Shown here piece by piece: positions 13,923 to 22,658 of a stretch of DNA of 32,000 bases (its first letter is position 1; each line of letters starts with the position of its first letter). The DNA comes from Pseudomonas aeruginosa (GTDB lineage Bacteria > Pseudomonadota > Gammaproteobacteria > Pseudomonadales > Pseudomonadaceae), in NCBI RefSeq assembly GCF_001457615.1, contig NZ_LN831024.1, positions 1,380,001-1,412,000 of the forward strand, given 5' to 3'. The translations under genes and the position numbers were made by a program. Below the pieces are notes generated by a model. That model searched no databases. It was not told where the DNA came from and was given only the letters and a program-made list of their open reading frames with translations.

Positions 13923-16625
13923 TCAGAAGTTTATCCGGGTAGGCAGGGTGTCCCGTCCGTTGTCTTGTGACAGCTGCTCGACCAGGGCGGCCTGCAGGCG
14001 TTTGCACAGGTCGGGGTCGGCGAGTGGCTGGTTGCGCGCATCGGTGATGTAGAAGACGTCCTCCACGCGCTCGCCGAGGGTGGCGATCTTGGCGTTCTGC
14101 ACCGACAGGTCGAAATCCAGGAAGATGCCGCCGATCCGCGCCAGCAGGCCGGGGCGGTCGGGGGCGATGACTTCGAGCACCGAGACCTGGCGCAGCGCGT
14201 CGGTGGAGATGGTCACCTGCGGGGCGAAGGCGAAGTGCTTGAGCTGGCGCGGCACCCGGCGCTGGATGATGGTCGGGTAGTCGTCGGGGTTCTTCAATGC
14301 GTCGATAAGCCCCTCGCGGATCTCGGCGATGCGCTCCGGGTTGTTGCCGATGGAGTCGCCGTCGGCGTCGAGCACGATATAGGTATCGAGGGTGAACTGG
14401 CTGGTGGAGGTGATGATCCGCGCGTCCTGGATGCTCAGGTTGAGCTGGTCCATGGCGGCCACGGTGACCGCGAAGAAATCGTGCTGGTCGGCGGCGTAGA
14501 TGAAGATCTGCGAACCGCTCTCGAACTCGCGCTGGGTGGTTTCCTTGATCAGCACCAGCGGCGTGCCGTCGTCCGGGTGCTGGAGGATCGCCTCGGTGTG
14601 CCAGGCCACGTCGCCGGCGGTGTGGCGCAGGAAGTAGTCGTCGCCGAGCTGGCTCCATAACTGCTCGGCATCGTCCTGGTCGATGCCGTTGCGTACCAGT
14701 TGGTCGAGGGCCGCGGTCTGCGTCTGGCGGATCTGCTCCTCGCGGTCCACCGGGTTCTCCAGGCCGCGGCGCAGGGCGCGCTTGGTCTCGGTGTAGAGCT
14801 GCCGGAGCAGGCTGGCGCGCCAGGAGTTCCAGAGCGTCGGGTTGGTGGCGTTGATGTCGGCCACGGTGAGCACGTACAGGTAGTCGAGGTGGGTCTGGTC
14901 GCCGACCAGTTGGGCGAAATCGAAGATCACCTGCGGGTCGGAGAGGTCCTTGCGTTGCGCGGTGGTCGACATCACCAGGTGGTTCTGCACCAGCCAGGAC
15001 ACCAGTTGGGTGTCCCAGAGCGGCAACTGGTGGCTCTGGCAGAAGGCCTCGGCGTCCACCGCGCCGAGTTCCGAGTGGTCGCCGCCACGGCCCTTGGCGA
15101 TGTCATGGTAGAGACCGGCGATGTAGATCAGTTCCGGCTTGGGCAGACGATCGATGATCTTGCTCGCCAGCGGATATTTCTCGGCCATCTCCGGCCGATT
15201 CAGCTTGCGCAGGTGCTTGATCAGGTTGAGGGTGTGGGCGTCCACCGTATAGATATGGAACAGGTCGTGCTGCATCTGCCCGATGATATGGCCGAACTCC
15301 GGCAGGTAGCGGCCGAGGATGCCGTAGCGGTTCATCCGCCGCAGGTTGCGGTGGATACCCTGGCTGCTCTTGAACAGCTCGATGAACAGGCTGGTGTTGC
15401 GGATGTCGTGGCGGAACTCGTCGTCGATCAGGTGTCGGCTGTCGCGCAGCAGGCGAATGGTGTCGGCGCGCACGCCCTTGATTTCCGGGTGCTGGGCCAT
15501 CAGCACGAAGATTTCCAGGAGGGCGAACGGGGTGCGCTTGAAGACGTTCGGGTGCGTCACCTCGATGTAGCCGTCGCGCAACTGGAAGCGACTGTTCAGG
15601 GGTTGGATCTGCACCGGCTGCTCGCAGGGCAGGATGACTTCCTCGAAGTGCTGGATGATCAGGTCGTTCAGCTCGGAGATCGCCATCACCACCCGGTAGT
15701 ACTTCTGCATGAAGCGTTCGACCGCCAGCTTGACGTCGTTGTCTTCGTAGCCGAACAGACGGGCGATGCTGCGCTGGTGATCGAACAGCAGGCGATCCTC
15801 GGCGCGCCCGGCGAGCATGTGCAGGGCATAGCGGACCCGCCAGAGGAACTCCTGGCTGGAAGCCAGCATGCTGCACTCGCTTTCCACCAGGAAGCCTTCG
15901 CGCACCAGGGCGTGCAGGTTGAGGCTGCCGAACTGGCGGCGGGCCATCCAGAGGATGGTCTGGATGTCGCGCAGGCCGCCGGGGGAGCCCTTGACGTTGG
16001 GCTCGAGGTTGTACTCGGTGTCGTTGTACTTGGCGTGGCGGCGCTGCTGTTCGTGGCGTTTGGCCAGGAAGAACTCCTTGCTCGGCCACATGTGCGCGCT
16101 GCCGGTAACCCGCAGCATGCGCTGGCGCAGGCTGTCAGGGCCGCAGATGGTGCGGCATTCCATGAGGGTGGTGATCACCGTCAGGTCGGCGCGTGCTTCC
16201 TCCGCGCACTGCTGCACCGAGCGCACGCTCTGGCCGACTTCCAGGCCGATGTCCCAGAGCAGGGTGAGGAAGCCTTCGATCGGCTCGCGGAAGCTCTCCT
16301 GGTCCTCGCTGTCGAGGAGGATCAGCAGGTCGACGTCGGAGTAGGGGTGGAGTTCGCCGCGGCCGTAGCCGCCCACGGCGACCAGGGCGATGTCGGCGTC
16401 GTCTCCCCAGTCGAAGCGCTGCCAGGCCTGTTGCAGGATCTGGTCGACGCACCAGGCGCGATCTTCGATCAGGCGGCGGATGTCGCGGCCGCTGTTGAAA
16501 CGGTTGTCGAGCACTTCGCGGAATTGCCGGATGGCCTTCTTGAAGGCGGCGATCGGGCTGGACTTCAAGGCCAGTTCCGCCTGGAACTGCCCGCGATCGA
16601 ACAATTCGGGATCCACCTGCGGCAT
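13923..16625 (-). CDS. glnD: Bifunctional PII uridylyltransferase / uridylyl-removing enzyme
   Basis: 900 aa. Nucleotidyltransferase motif [24 protein letters not shown] domain [17 protein letters not shown], and two C-terminal ACT-like repeats. Confidence 0.96.
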   Translation of the reverse strand: MPQVDPELFDRGQFQAELALKSSPIAAFKKAIRQFREVLDNRFNSGRDIRRLIEDRAWCVDQILQQAWQRFDWGDDADIALVAVGGYGRGELHPYSDVDLLILLDSEDQESFREPIEGFLTLLWDIGLEVGQSVRSVQQCAEEARADLTVITTLMECRTICGPDSLRQRMLRVTGSAHMWPSKEFFLAKRHEQQRRHAKYNDTEYNLEPNVKGSPGGLRDIQTILWMARRQFGSLNLHALVREGFLVESECSMLASSQEFLWRVRYALHMLAGRAEDRLLFDHQRSIARLFGYEDNDVKLAVERFMQKYYRVVMAISELNDLIIQHFEEVILPCEQPVQIQPLNSRFQLRDGYIEVTHPNVFKRTPFALLEIFVLMAQHPEIKGVRADTIRLLRDSRHLIDDEFRHDIRNTSLFIELFKSSQGIHRNLRRMNRYGILGRYLPEFGHIIGQMQHDLFHIYTVDAHTLNLIKHLRKLNRPEMAEKYPLASKIIDRLPKPELIYIAGLYHDIAKGRGGDHSELGAVDAEAFCQSHQLPLWDTQLVSWLVQNHLVMSTTAQRKDLSDPQVIFDFAQLVGDQTHLDYLYVLTVADINATNPTLWNSWRASLLRQLYTETKRALRRGLENPVDREEQIRQTQTAALDQLVRNGIDQDDAEQLWSQLGDDYFLRHTAGDVAWHTEAILQHPDDGTPLVLIKETTQREFESGSQIFIYAADQHDFFAVTVAAMDQLNLSIQDARIITSTSQFTLDTYIVLDADGDSIGNNPERIAEIREGLIDALKNPDDYPTIIQRRVPRQLKHFAFAPQVTISTDALRQVSVLEVIAPDRPGLLARIGGIFLDFDLSVQNAKIATLGERVEDVFYITDARNQPLADPDLCKRLQAALVEQLSQDNGRDTLPTRINF

Positions 16626-16731
16626 GCGGCCTTCCTTTATCTGCTAGCGGTTGGGTTCGATACGCGAGCGCCCCGTCTTGGTGCGTTTTTGCGCTGTATT
16701 GGTGCGCGCGTTGCGCCGAATCGGGGCGTCG

Positions 16732-16754
16732 GCCCCGCCGGAATGGGGCGGGGC
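16732..16754 (-). other. GC-rich hairpin in the map-glnD spacer, no U-tract
   Basis: GCCCCGCC ggaatgg GGCGGGGC, a perfect 8-bp stem. GGGGCGTCG occurs twice, at 16723-16731 and 16750-16758. Confidence 0.4.
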
Positions 16755-16791
16755 GTCGAGGCGCACGGCTGGCAGCAAAAGCCGGGCCGGA

Positions 16792-17577
16792 TCAGGCTGC
16801 CGAGGTGCGCGGGAAGGTTTCGTCGTTGCGCAGGGTGAGGATCTCGTAGCCATCGGCGGTGACCAGCACGGTGTGCTCCCATTGCGCGGACAGCTTGCGG
16901 TCCTTGGTGATCGCGGTCCAGCCGTCGCCGAGCAGGCGGGTCTCCGGGCGGCCCTGGTTGATCATCGGCTCGATGGTGAAGATCATGCCTTCCTTCAGCT
17001 CGATGCCGGTACCCGCACGACCGTAGTGGAGGACCTGCGGCTCCTCGTGGAACACCTTGCCGATGCCATGGCCGCAGTATTCGCGGACCACCGAGAAGCC
17101 GTTCTTTTCCGCGTGCTTCTGGATGATTTCGCCGATATCGCCCAGGTGCGCGCCCGGACGCACCACGGAAATGCCCTTGTACATGCATTCCTGGGTGATC
17201 TGGCAGAGGCGGTCGGCCCATTCCGGGGTCTTGCCGACCAGGAACATCTTGCTGGTGTCGCCGTGGTAGCCGTCCTTGATGACGGTGATGTCGACGTTGA
17301 GGATGTCGCCTTCCTTCAGCGGCTTCTCGTTGGGGATGCCATGGCAGACCACATGGTTGATCGAGGTGCAGATCGACTTGGGAAAGCCCTTGTAGTTCAG
17401 CGGGGCGGGAATCGCCTTCTGCTCGTTGACGATATAGTCGTGGCAGATGCGATCCAGCTCCTCGGTGGTCACGCCGGGCTTGATGTGTTCGCCGATCATT
17501 TCCAGCACTTCGGCGGCCAGGCGGCCGGCGATGCGCATCTTCTCGATATCGTCGGGCGTCTTGATGGTGACGGTCAT
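16792..17577 (-). CDS. map: Type I methionine aminopeptidase
   Basis: 261 aa from MTVTIKTPDDIEKMRIAGRLAAEVLE. Metal-ligand context VCHGIP, DITVIKDGYHGD, GHGIG, FTIEPM and QWEHT. The ORF-track start at 17604 lies 9 codons upstream. Confidence 0.94.
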   Translation of the reverse strand: MTVTIKTPDDIEKMRIAGRLAAEVLEMIGEHIKPGVTTEELDRICHDYIVNEQKAIPAPLNYKGFPKSICTSINHVVCHGIPNEKPLKEGDILNVDITVIKDGYHGDTSKMFLVGKTPEWADRLCQITQECMYKGISVVRPGAHLGDIGEIIQKHAEKNGFSVVREYCGHGIGKVFHEEPQVLHYGRAGTGIELKEGMIFTIEPMINQGRPETRLLGDGWTAITKDRKLSAQWEHTVLVTADGYEILTLRNDETFPRTSAA

Positions 17578-17700
17578 GCGAATTCTCTTCGGGCGTGCAA
17601 GCACGCATGAATAATAAGGAATACGCGATTCTAGCAGACCTGACCGACCGATCTACTCCCGCCCGGCCATCCGCGGCGGGTTTCACTGCGTCCACGGTTA

Positions 17701-17709
17701 TGGTATAAA
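17701..17709 (+). promoter_or_regulatory. rpsB promoter, extended -10 type (TGgTATAAA)
   Basis: ttaTGGTATAAAg has TATAAA at 17704-17709 with TG one base upstream. A weak TTCACT lies 16 nt upstream. It resembles the extended -10 element I recall for the E. coli rpsB promoter. Confidence 0.55.
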
Positions 17710-17715
17710 GCGCCC

Positions 17716-17841
17716 CGCTCCGAGGCTGCGGCCTTTTCCGGAGCACAAACCCACACATGCATCGACACGATGGCCTGGGTGCCCGCAAGGGTTGGTCATT
17801 GGGATGCGTGGAGGCCTAACCCGACTTATCGAGGAACTATC
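17716..17841 (+). promoter_or_regulatory. rpsB 5' leader, candidate S2 autoregulatory structure
   Basis: About 125 nt lie between the predicted TSS and the ATG. Internal pairings are visible by eye, for example CTCCG...CGGAG (17719-17742) and GGGTT...AACCC (17792-17822). The SD gaggaa is at 17831-17836. Confidence 0.45.
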
Positions 17842-18582
17842 ATGTCCCAAGTCAACATGCGCGATATGCTGAAGGCCGGTGTGCACTTCGGCCACCAGAC
17901 CCGTTACTGGAACCCGAAAATGGGCAAGTTCATTTTCGGCGCGCGCAACAAGATCCATATCATCAACCTCGAAAAGACCCTGCCGATGTTCAACGAGGCC
18001 CTGACCTTCGTTGAGCGCCTGGCCGCTGGCAAGAACAAGATCCTGTTCGTCGGCACCAAGCGTTCCGCCGGCAAGATCGTTCGCGAGGAAGCCGCTCGTT
18101 GCGGCATGCCGTACGTCGACCATCGCTGGCTGGGCGGCATGCTCACCAACTACAAGACCATCCGTCAGTCGATCAAGCGCCTGCGCGACCTGGAAACCCA
18201 GTCCCAGGACGGCACCTTCGACAAGCTGACCAAGAAAGAAGCCCTGATGCGCAGCCGTGACCTCGAGAAGCTCGAGCGCAGCCTGGGCGGCATCAAGGAC
18301 ATGGGCGGCCTGCCGGACGCTCTGTTCGTGATCGACGTCGACCACGAGCGCATCGCCATCACCGAAGCCAACAAGCTGGGCATCCCGGTCATCGGCGTTG
18401 TCGATACCAACAGCAGCCCGGAAGGCGTCGACTATGTAATTCCCGGTAACGATGATGCCATCCGCGCCGTGCAACTCTACCTGAACTCGATGGCCGAAGC
18501 GGTAATCCGCGGCAAGCAGGGCGCTGCCACCAGCGCCGACGAGTTCGTCGAGGAAGCGCCGGCCGAATCCGCCGAAGGCTGA
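17842..18582 (+). CDS. rpsB: 30S ribosomal protein S2
   Basis: 246 aa from [27 protein letters not shown], with SD gaggaa upstream and highly-expressed-gene codon bias. Confidence 0.97.
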   Translation: MSQVNMRDMLKAGVHFGHQTRYWNPKMGKFIFGARNKIHIINLEKTLPMFNEALTFVERLAAGKNKILFVGTKRSAGKIVREEAARCGMPYVDHRWLGGMLTNYKTIRQSIKRLRDLETQSQDGTFDKLTKKEALMRSRDLEKLERSLGGIKDMGGLPDALFVIDVDHERIAITEANKLGIPVIGVVDTNSSPEGVDYVIPGNDDAIRAVQLYLNSMAEAVIRGKQGAATSADEFVEEAPAESAEG

Positions 18583-18616
18583 TTCCGGGACGTTCAGACG
18601 TCCGACGGTGCGCAGG

Positions 18617-18638
18617 AAGGGGGCTAGGCCCCCTTTTT
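18617..18638 (+). terminator. Intra-operon attenuator/terminator between rpsB and tsf
   Basis: aaGGGGGC-tag-GCCCCCttTTT is a GC stem with a U-run. It is preceded by a second hairpin GGACGT-tcag-ACGTCC at 18588-18603. Confidence 0.7.
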
Positions 18639-18712
18639 GCCACCTTTGAGTTTCTGTCCGGCAGGCCGGGCACAAAGGTTTTTTGAGAGCTACCACTCAA
18701 GAGGATTTCGAA

Positions 18713-19582
18713 ATGGCAGAAATTACTGCAGCCATGGTTAAAGAACTGCGCGAGCGTACCGGCTTGGGCATGATGGAGTGCAAGAAGGCGCTGACCGCCG
18801 CTGGCGGCGACATCGAGAAGGCCATCGACGACATGCGCGCTGCCGGTGCGATCAAGGCTGCCAAGAAGGCCGGCAACATTGCCGCCGAAGGCTCGATCGC
18901 CGTCAAGATCGCTGCCGACAACAAGGCCGCCGTGATCATCGAAGTCAACTCCCAGACCGACTTCCTGGCCCTCCAGGACGACTTCAAGGGCTTCGTCGCC
19001 GAGAGCCTGGAAAAGGCCTTCAACGAGAAGCTGACCGACGCCGCTCCGCTGGTCGAAGCACGTGAGGAAGCTCGTCTGGCCCTGGTCGCCAAGACCGGCG
19101 AGAACGTCAACATCCGCCGCCTGACCCGCGTCGAGGGCGACGTGGTCGGCGCCTACCTGCACGGCCACCGCATCGGTGTCGTGGTCAACCTGAAAGGCGG
19201 CAACCCGGAACTGGCCAAGGACATCGCCATGCATGTCGCCGCCAGCAACCCGCAGTTCCTGAACGCTTCGGAAGTTTCCGAAGAAGCGATCGCGAAAGAG
19301 AAGGAAATCTTCCTGGCGCTGAACGCCGACAAGATCGCCGGCAAGCCGGAGAACATCGTCGAGAACATGGTCAAGGGTCGCATCAGCAAGTTCCTCGCCG
19401 AAGCGAGCCTGGTCGAGCAGCCTTTCGTGAAGAACCCGGAAGTGAAGGTCGGCGACCTGGCCAAGCAGGCCGGCGCCGAAATCGTTTCCTTCGTTCGTTA
19501 CGAAGTGGGCGAAGGCATCGAGAAGGCCGAAGTGGACTTCGCTGCCGAAGTTGCCGCTCAAGTAGCCGCCACCAAGCAGTAA
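18713..19582 (+). CDS. tsf: Elongation factor Ts
   Basis: 289 aa from MAEITAAMVKELRERTGLGMMECKKAL, the UBA-like N-terminal domain. The ORF-track start at 18683 lies 10 codons upstream. Confidence 0.97.
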   Translation: MAEITAAMVKELRERTGLGMMECKKALTAAGGDIEKAIDDMRAAGAIKAAKKAGNIAAEGSIAVKIAADNKAAVIIEVNSQTDFLALQDDFKGFVAESLEKAFNEKLTDAAPLVEAREEARLALVAKTGENVNIRRLTRVEGDVVGAYLHGHRIGVVVNLKGGNPELAKDIAMHVAASNPQFLNASEVSEEAIAKEKEIFLALNADKIAGKPENIVENMVKGRISKFLAEASLVEQPFVKNPEVKVGDLAKQAGAEIVSFVRYEVGEGIEKAEVDFAAEVAAQVAATKQ

Positions 19583-19608
19583 CAAAGACGGTTTCGACTG
19601 TCGCCCCG

Positions 19609-19642
19609 GAAGAGGCTGCCCGCTGATGCGTGCGGCCTCTTC
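19609..19642 (+). terminator. Hairpin downstream of tsf (possible terminator, lacks a U-tract)
   Basis: GAAGAGGCUGC...GCGGCCUCUUC forms an 11-bp stem with one U-G pair and a 12-nt loop. It is followed by gtcaaatg. Confidence 0.35.
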
Positions 19643-19780
19643 GTCAAATGGGGAAGCGTTCGGGGCAGCTTCCGCGTTGCCGGCCCGCTCGGCGGGCTCG
19701 CACGCAACGCAGGCGCAAAGTCGTCTCCGCCCACGACGGCCCGGCCGTCACGTATTTTTATCGCCGCAGGAGAAAAGGTC

Positions 19781-20518
19781 ATGGCTCAGCAACTGAGCGC
19801 TCGTCAACCTCGCTATAAACGCATTCTTCTAAAGTTGAGCGGCGAAGCCCTGATGGGCTCGGAGGAGTTCGGCATCGATCCCAAGGTGCTGGACCGCATG
19901 GCGCTGGAAATCGGCCAGTTGGTCGGGATCGGCGTGCAGGTCGGCCTGGTCATCGGCGGCGGCAACCTGTTCCGCGGCGCGGCCCTGTCCGCGGCCGGCA
20001 TGGACCGGGTGACCGGCGACCACATGGGGATGCTGGCCACCGTGATGAACGGCCTGGCGATGCGCGATGCGCTGGAGCGCTCGAACATCCCCGCGCTGGT
20101 GATGTCGGCGATCTCCATGGTCGGTGTGACCGACCACTACGACCGCCGCAAGGCCATGCGCCACCTCGGCGGTGGCGAGGTGGTGATCTTCTCCGCCGGT
20201 ACCGGCAACCCGTTCTTCACCACCGACTCGGCGGCTTGCCTGCGCGCCATCGAGATCGACGCCGACGTGGTCCTTAAGGCTACCAAGGTCGATGGCGTGT
20301 ACACTGCCGACCCGTTCAAGGACCCGAATGCCGAGAAGTTCGAGCGCCTGACCTATGATGAAGTGCTCGACCGCAAGCTCGGCGTGATGGACCTGACCGC
20401 CATCTGCCTGTGCCGTGACCAGAACATGCCGCTGCGGGTGTTCAACATGAACAAGCCGGGCGCATTGCTGAATATTGTTGTTGGTGGTGCCGAAGGCACC
20501 CTGATCGAGGAGGGTTGA
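19781..20518 (+). CDS. pyrH: UMP kinase
   Basis: 245 aa. [22 protein letters not shown] and [12 protein letters not shown] motifs. SD AGGAG lies 8 nt upstream. Confidence 0.96.
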   Translation: MAQQLSARQPRYKRILLKLSGEALMGSEEFGIDPKVLDRMALEIGQLVGIGVQVGLVIGGGNLFRGAALSAAGMDRVTGDHMGMLATVMNGLAMRDALERSNIPALVMSAISMVGVTDHYDRRKAMRHLGGGEVVIFSAGTGNPFFTTDSAACLRAIEIDADVVLKATKVDGVYTADPFKDPNAEKFERLTYDEVLDRKLGVMDLTAICLCRDQNMPLRVFNMNKPGALLNIVVGGAEGTLIEEG

Positions 20519-20520
20519 GA

Positions 20521-21078
20521 ATGATCAACGAGATCAAGAAGGAAGCGCAGGAGCGCATGGGCAAGACCCTGGAAGCGCTGGGCCATGCCTTCGCGAAGAT
20601 TCGTACCGGTCGCGCGCATCCGAGCATCCTGGATAGCGTGATGGTTTCCTATTACGGGGCCGATACGCCGCTGCGCCAGGTCGCCAACGTCACCGTGGAA
20701 GACTCCCGTACCCTGGCCCTGGCCGTGTTCGACAAGAGCATGATCCAGGCGGTCGAGAAGGCCATCATGACCTCCGACCTGGGGCTCAACCCGGCCACCG
20801 CCGGCACCACCATCCGCGTACCGATGCCGGCCCTGACCGAGGAGACCCGCAAGGGCTACACCAAGCAGGCGCGTGCCGAGGCCGAGCAGGCGCGGGTTTC
20901 CGTGCGCAACATCCGTCGCGATGCGCTGGCCCAGTTGAAGGACCTGCAGAAGGAAAAGGAAATCAGCGAGGACGAAGAGCGCCGCGCCGGCGACGACGTG
21001 CAGAAGCTGACCGACAAGTTCATCGGTGAGATCGAGAAGGCACTGGAAGCCAAAGAAGCGGACCTCATGGCTGTCTGA
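20521..21078 (+). CDS. frr: Ribosome recycling factor
   Basis: 185 aa from [20 protein letters not shown]. The ORF-track TTG start at 20515 overlaps the pyrH stop and is less likely. Confidence 0.95.
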   Translation: MINEIKKEAQERMGKTLEALGHAFAKIRTGRAHPSILDSVMVSYYGADTPLRQVANVTVEDSRTLALAVFDKSMIQAVEKAIMTSDLGLNPATAGTTIRVPMPALTEETRKGYTKQARAEAEQARVSVRNIRRDALAQLKDLQKEKEISEDEERRAGDDVQKLTDKFIGEIEKALEAKEADLMAV

Positions 21079-21093
21079 GGCCGGGCTGACGTC

Positions 21094-21849
21094 ATGGAAA
21101 AGACCCGGAAGGATGTGTGCGTGCCACGCCACGTGGCCATTATCATGGACGGTAACAATCGCTGGGCGAAGAAGCGTCTTCTGCCCGGCGTCGCCGGCCA
21201 CAAGGCCGGTGTCGATGCCGTCAGGGCGGTGATCGAGGTCTGCGCCGAGGCAGGGGTCGAGGTCCTCACCCTGTTCGCGTTCTCCAGCGAGAACTGGCAG
21301 CGTCCGGCGGACGAAGTCAGCGCGCTGATGGAGCTGTTTCTCGTGGCCCTGCGCCGCGAGGTGCGCAAGCTCGACGAGAACGGCATCCGCCTGCGCATCA
21401 TCGGCGATCGCACGCGTTTCCATCCGGAGTTGCAGGCGGCCATGCGCGAAGCGGAAGCCGCCACTGCCGGCAATACCCGTTTCCTCCTCCAGGTCGCCGC
21501 CAACTACGGCGGCCAGTGGGACATCGTCCAGGCCGCACAGCGCCTGGCGCGCGAGGTCCAGGGCGGGCACCTGGCGGCGGACGATATCTCCGCCGAGCTG
21601 CTCCAGGGCTGCCTGGTGACCGGCGACCAGCCGCTGCCCGACCTGTGCATCCGCACCGGCGGCGAGCATCGCATCAGCAATTTCCTTCTCTGGCAGCTGG
21701 CCTACGCCGAGCTGTATTTCTCCGACCTGTTCTGGCCCGACTTCAAGCACGCGGCGATGCGGGCTGCCCTGGCGGATTTCTCCAAGCGCCAGCGCCGCTT
21801 CGGCAAGACCAGCGAGCAAGTCGAGGCCGAGGCCCGTCCGTCATGCTGA
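21094..21849 (+). CDS. uppS: Ditrans,polycis-undecaprenyl-diphosphate synthase
   Basis: 251 aa with cis-prenyltransferase motifs HVAIIMDGNNRWA, FAFSSENWQRP and RTGGEHRISNFLLWQLAYAELYF. Confidence 0.96.
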   Translation: MEKTRKDVCVPRHVAIIMDGNNRWAKKRLLPGVAGHKAGVDAVRAVIEVCAEAGVEVLTLFAFSSENWQRPADEVSALMELFLVALRREVRKLDENGIRLRIIGDRTRFHPELQAAMREAEAATAGNTRFLLQVAANYGGQWDIVQAAQRLAREVQGGHLAADDISAELLQGCLVTGDQPLPDLCIRTGGEHRISNFLLWQLAYAELYFSDLFWPDFKHAAMRAALADFSKRQRRFGKTSEQVEAEARPSC

Positions 21850-22658
21850 AACAACGGATCATCACGGCGCTGGTGCTTTTGCCCATCGCGCTGGGTGGTT
21901 TTTTCCTTCTCGAAGGGGCGTTCTTCGCCCTGTTCATCGGCGCGGTGGTGAGCCTGGGGGCCTGGGAATGGGCGCGCCTGGCCGGCTATGAACAACAGTT
22001 CGGCCGCGTTGCCTACGCGGCGACGGTCGCCGTGCTGATGGTCGCTCTCTACCATCTGCCGCAGCTTGCCGGAGCCGTGCTGCTGCTGGCGCTGGTCTGG
22101 TGGACGCTGGCCACCGTGCTGGTGCTCACCTACCCGGAAAGCGTCGGCTACTGGGGCGGCCGCTGGCGCCGCCTGGGCATGGGCCTGCTGATCCTGTTGC
22201 CGGCCTGGCAGGGGCTGGTCCTGCTCAAGCAGTGGCCGCTGGCCAATGGCCTGATCATCGCCGTGATGGTGCTGGTCTGGGGCGCGGATATCGGCGCCTA
22301 CTTCTCCGGCAAGGCCTTCGGCAAGCGCAAGCTGGCGCCGCGGGTCAGCCCCGGCAAGAGCTGGGAAGGCGTTTACGGCGGCCTGGCGGCCAGCCTGGCG
22401 ATCACCCTGGCGGTCGGCCTCTACCGCGGCTGGTCCCTCGGCGCGCTGCTCCTGGCCCTGCTCGGCGCGGCGCTGGTGGTGTTCGTCTCGATCGTCGGCG
22501 ACCTCACCGAAAGCATGTTCAAGCGCCAATCCGGAATCAAGGACAGCAGCAACCTGCTGCCCGGCCACGGTGGCGTGCTGGATCGCATCGACAGCCTGAC
22601 GGCAGCCATCCCGGTGTTCGCGGCCCTGCTCTGGGCCGCCGGCTGGGGTGCGCCATGA
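21843..22658 (+). CDS. cdsA: Phosphatidate cytidylyltransferase (CDP-diglyceride synthase)
   Basis: 271 aa from [20 protein letters not shown]. Signature [28 protein letters not shown]. Overlaps the uppS 3' end by 7 nt. Confidence 0.94.
   Translation: MLKQRIITALVLLPIALGGFFLLEGAFFALFIGAVVSLGAWEWARLAGYEQQFGRVAYAATVAVLMVALYHLPQLAGAVLLLALVWWTLATVLVLTYPESVGYWGGRWRRLGMGLLILLPAWQGLVLLKQWPLANGLIIAVMVLVWGADIGAYFSGKAFGKRKLAPRVSPGKSWEGVYGGLAASLAITLAVGLYRGWSLGALLLALLGAALVVFVSIVGDLTESMFKRQSGIKDSSNLLPGHGGVLDRIDSLTAAIPVFAALLWAAGWGAP

Noticed and set aside
12697-14658. 653-aa ORF extending dapC upstream into glnD
   Set aside because: The aminotransferase homology begins at MNTALDNLQPYPFEKL (13905). The extension is Arg/Pro-rich and lies inside the glnD coding region in another frame.
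14700-16838. 712-aa plus-strand ORF antisense to glnD
   Set aside because: Its composition is dominated by Ala/Gly/Val/Leu/Asp/Glu runs typical of the antisense frame of a GC-rich gene. It has no recognisable motifs, and glnD on the opposite strand is unambiguous.
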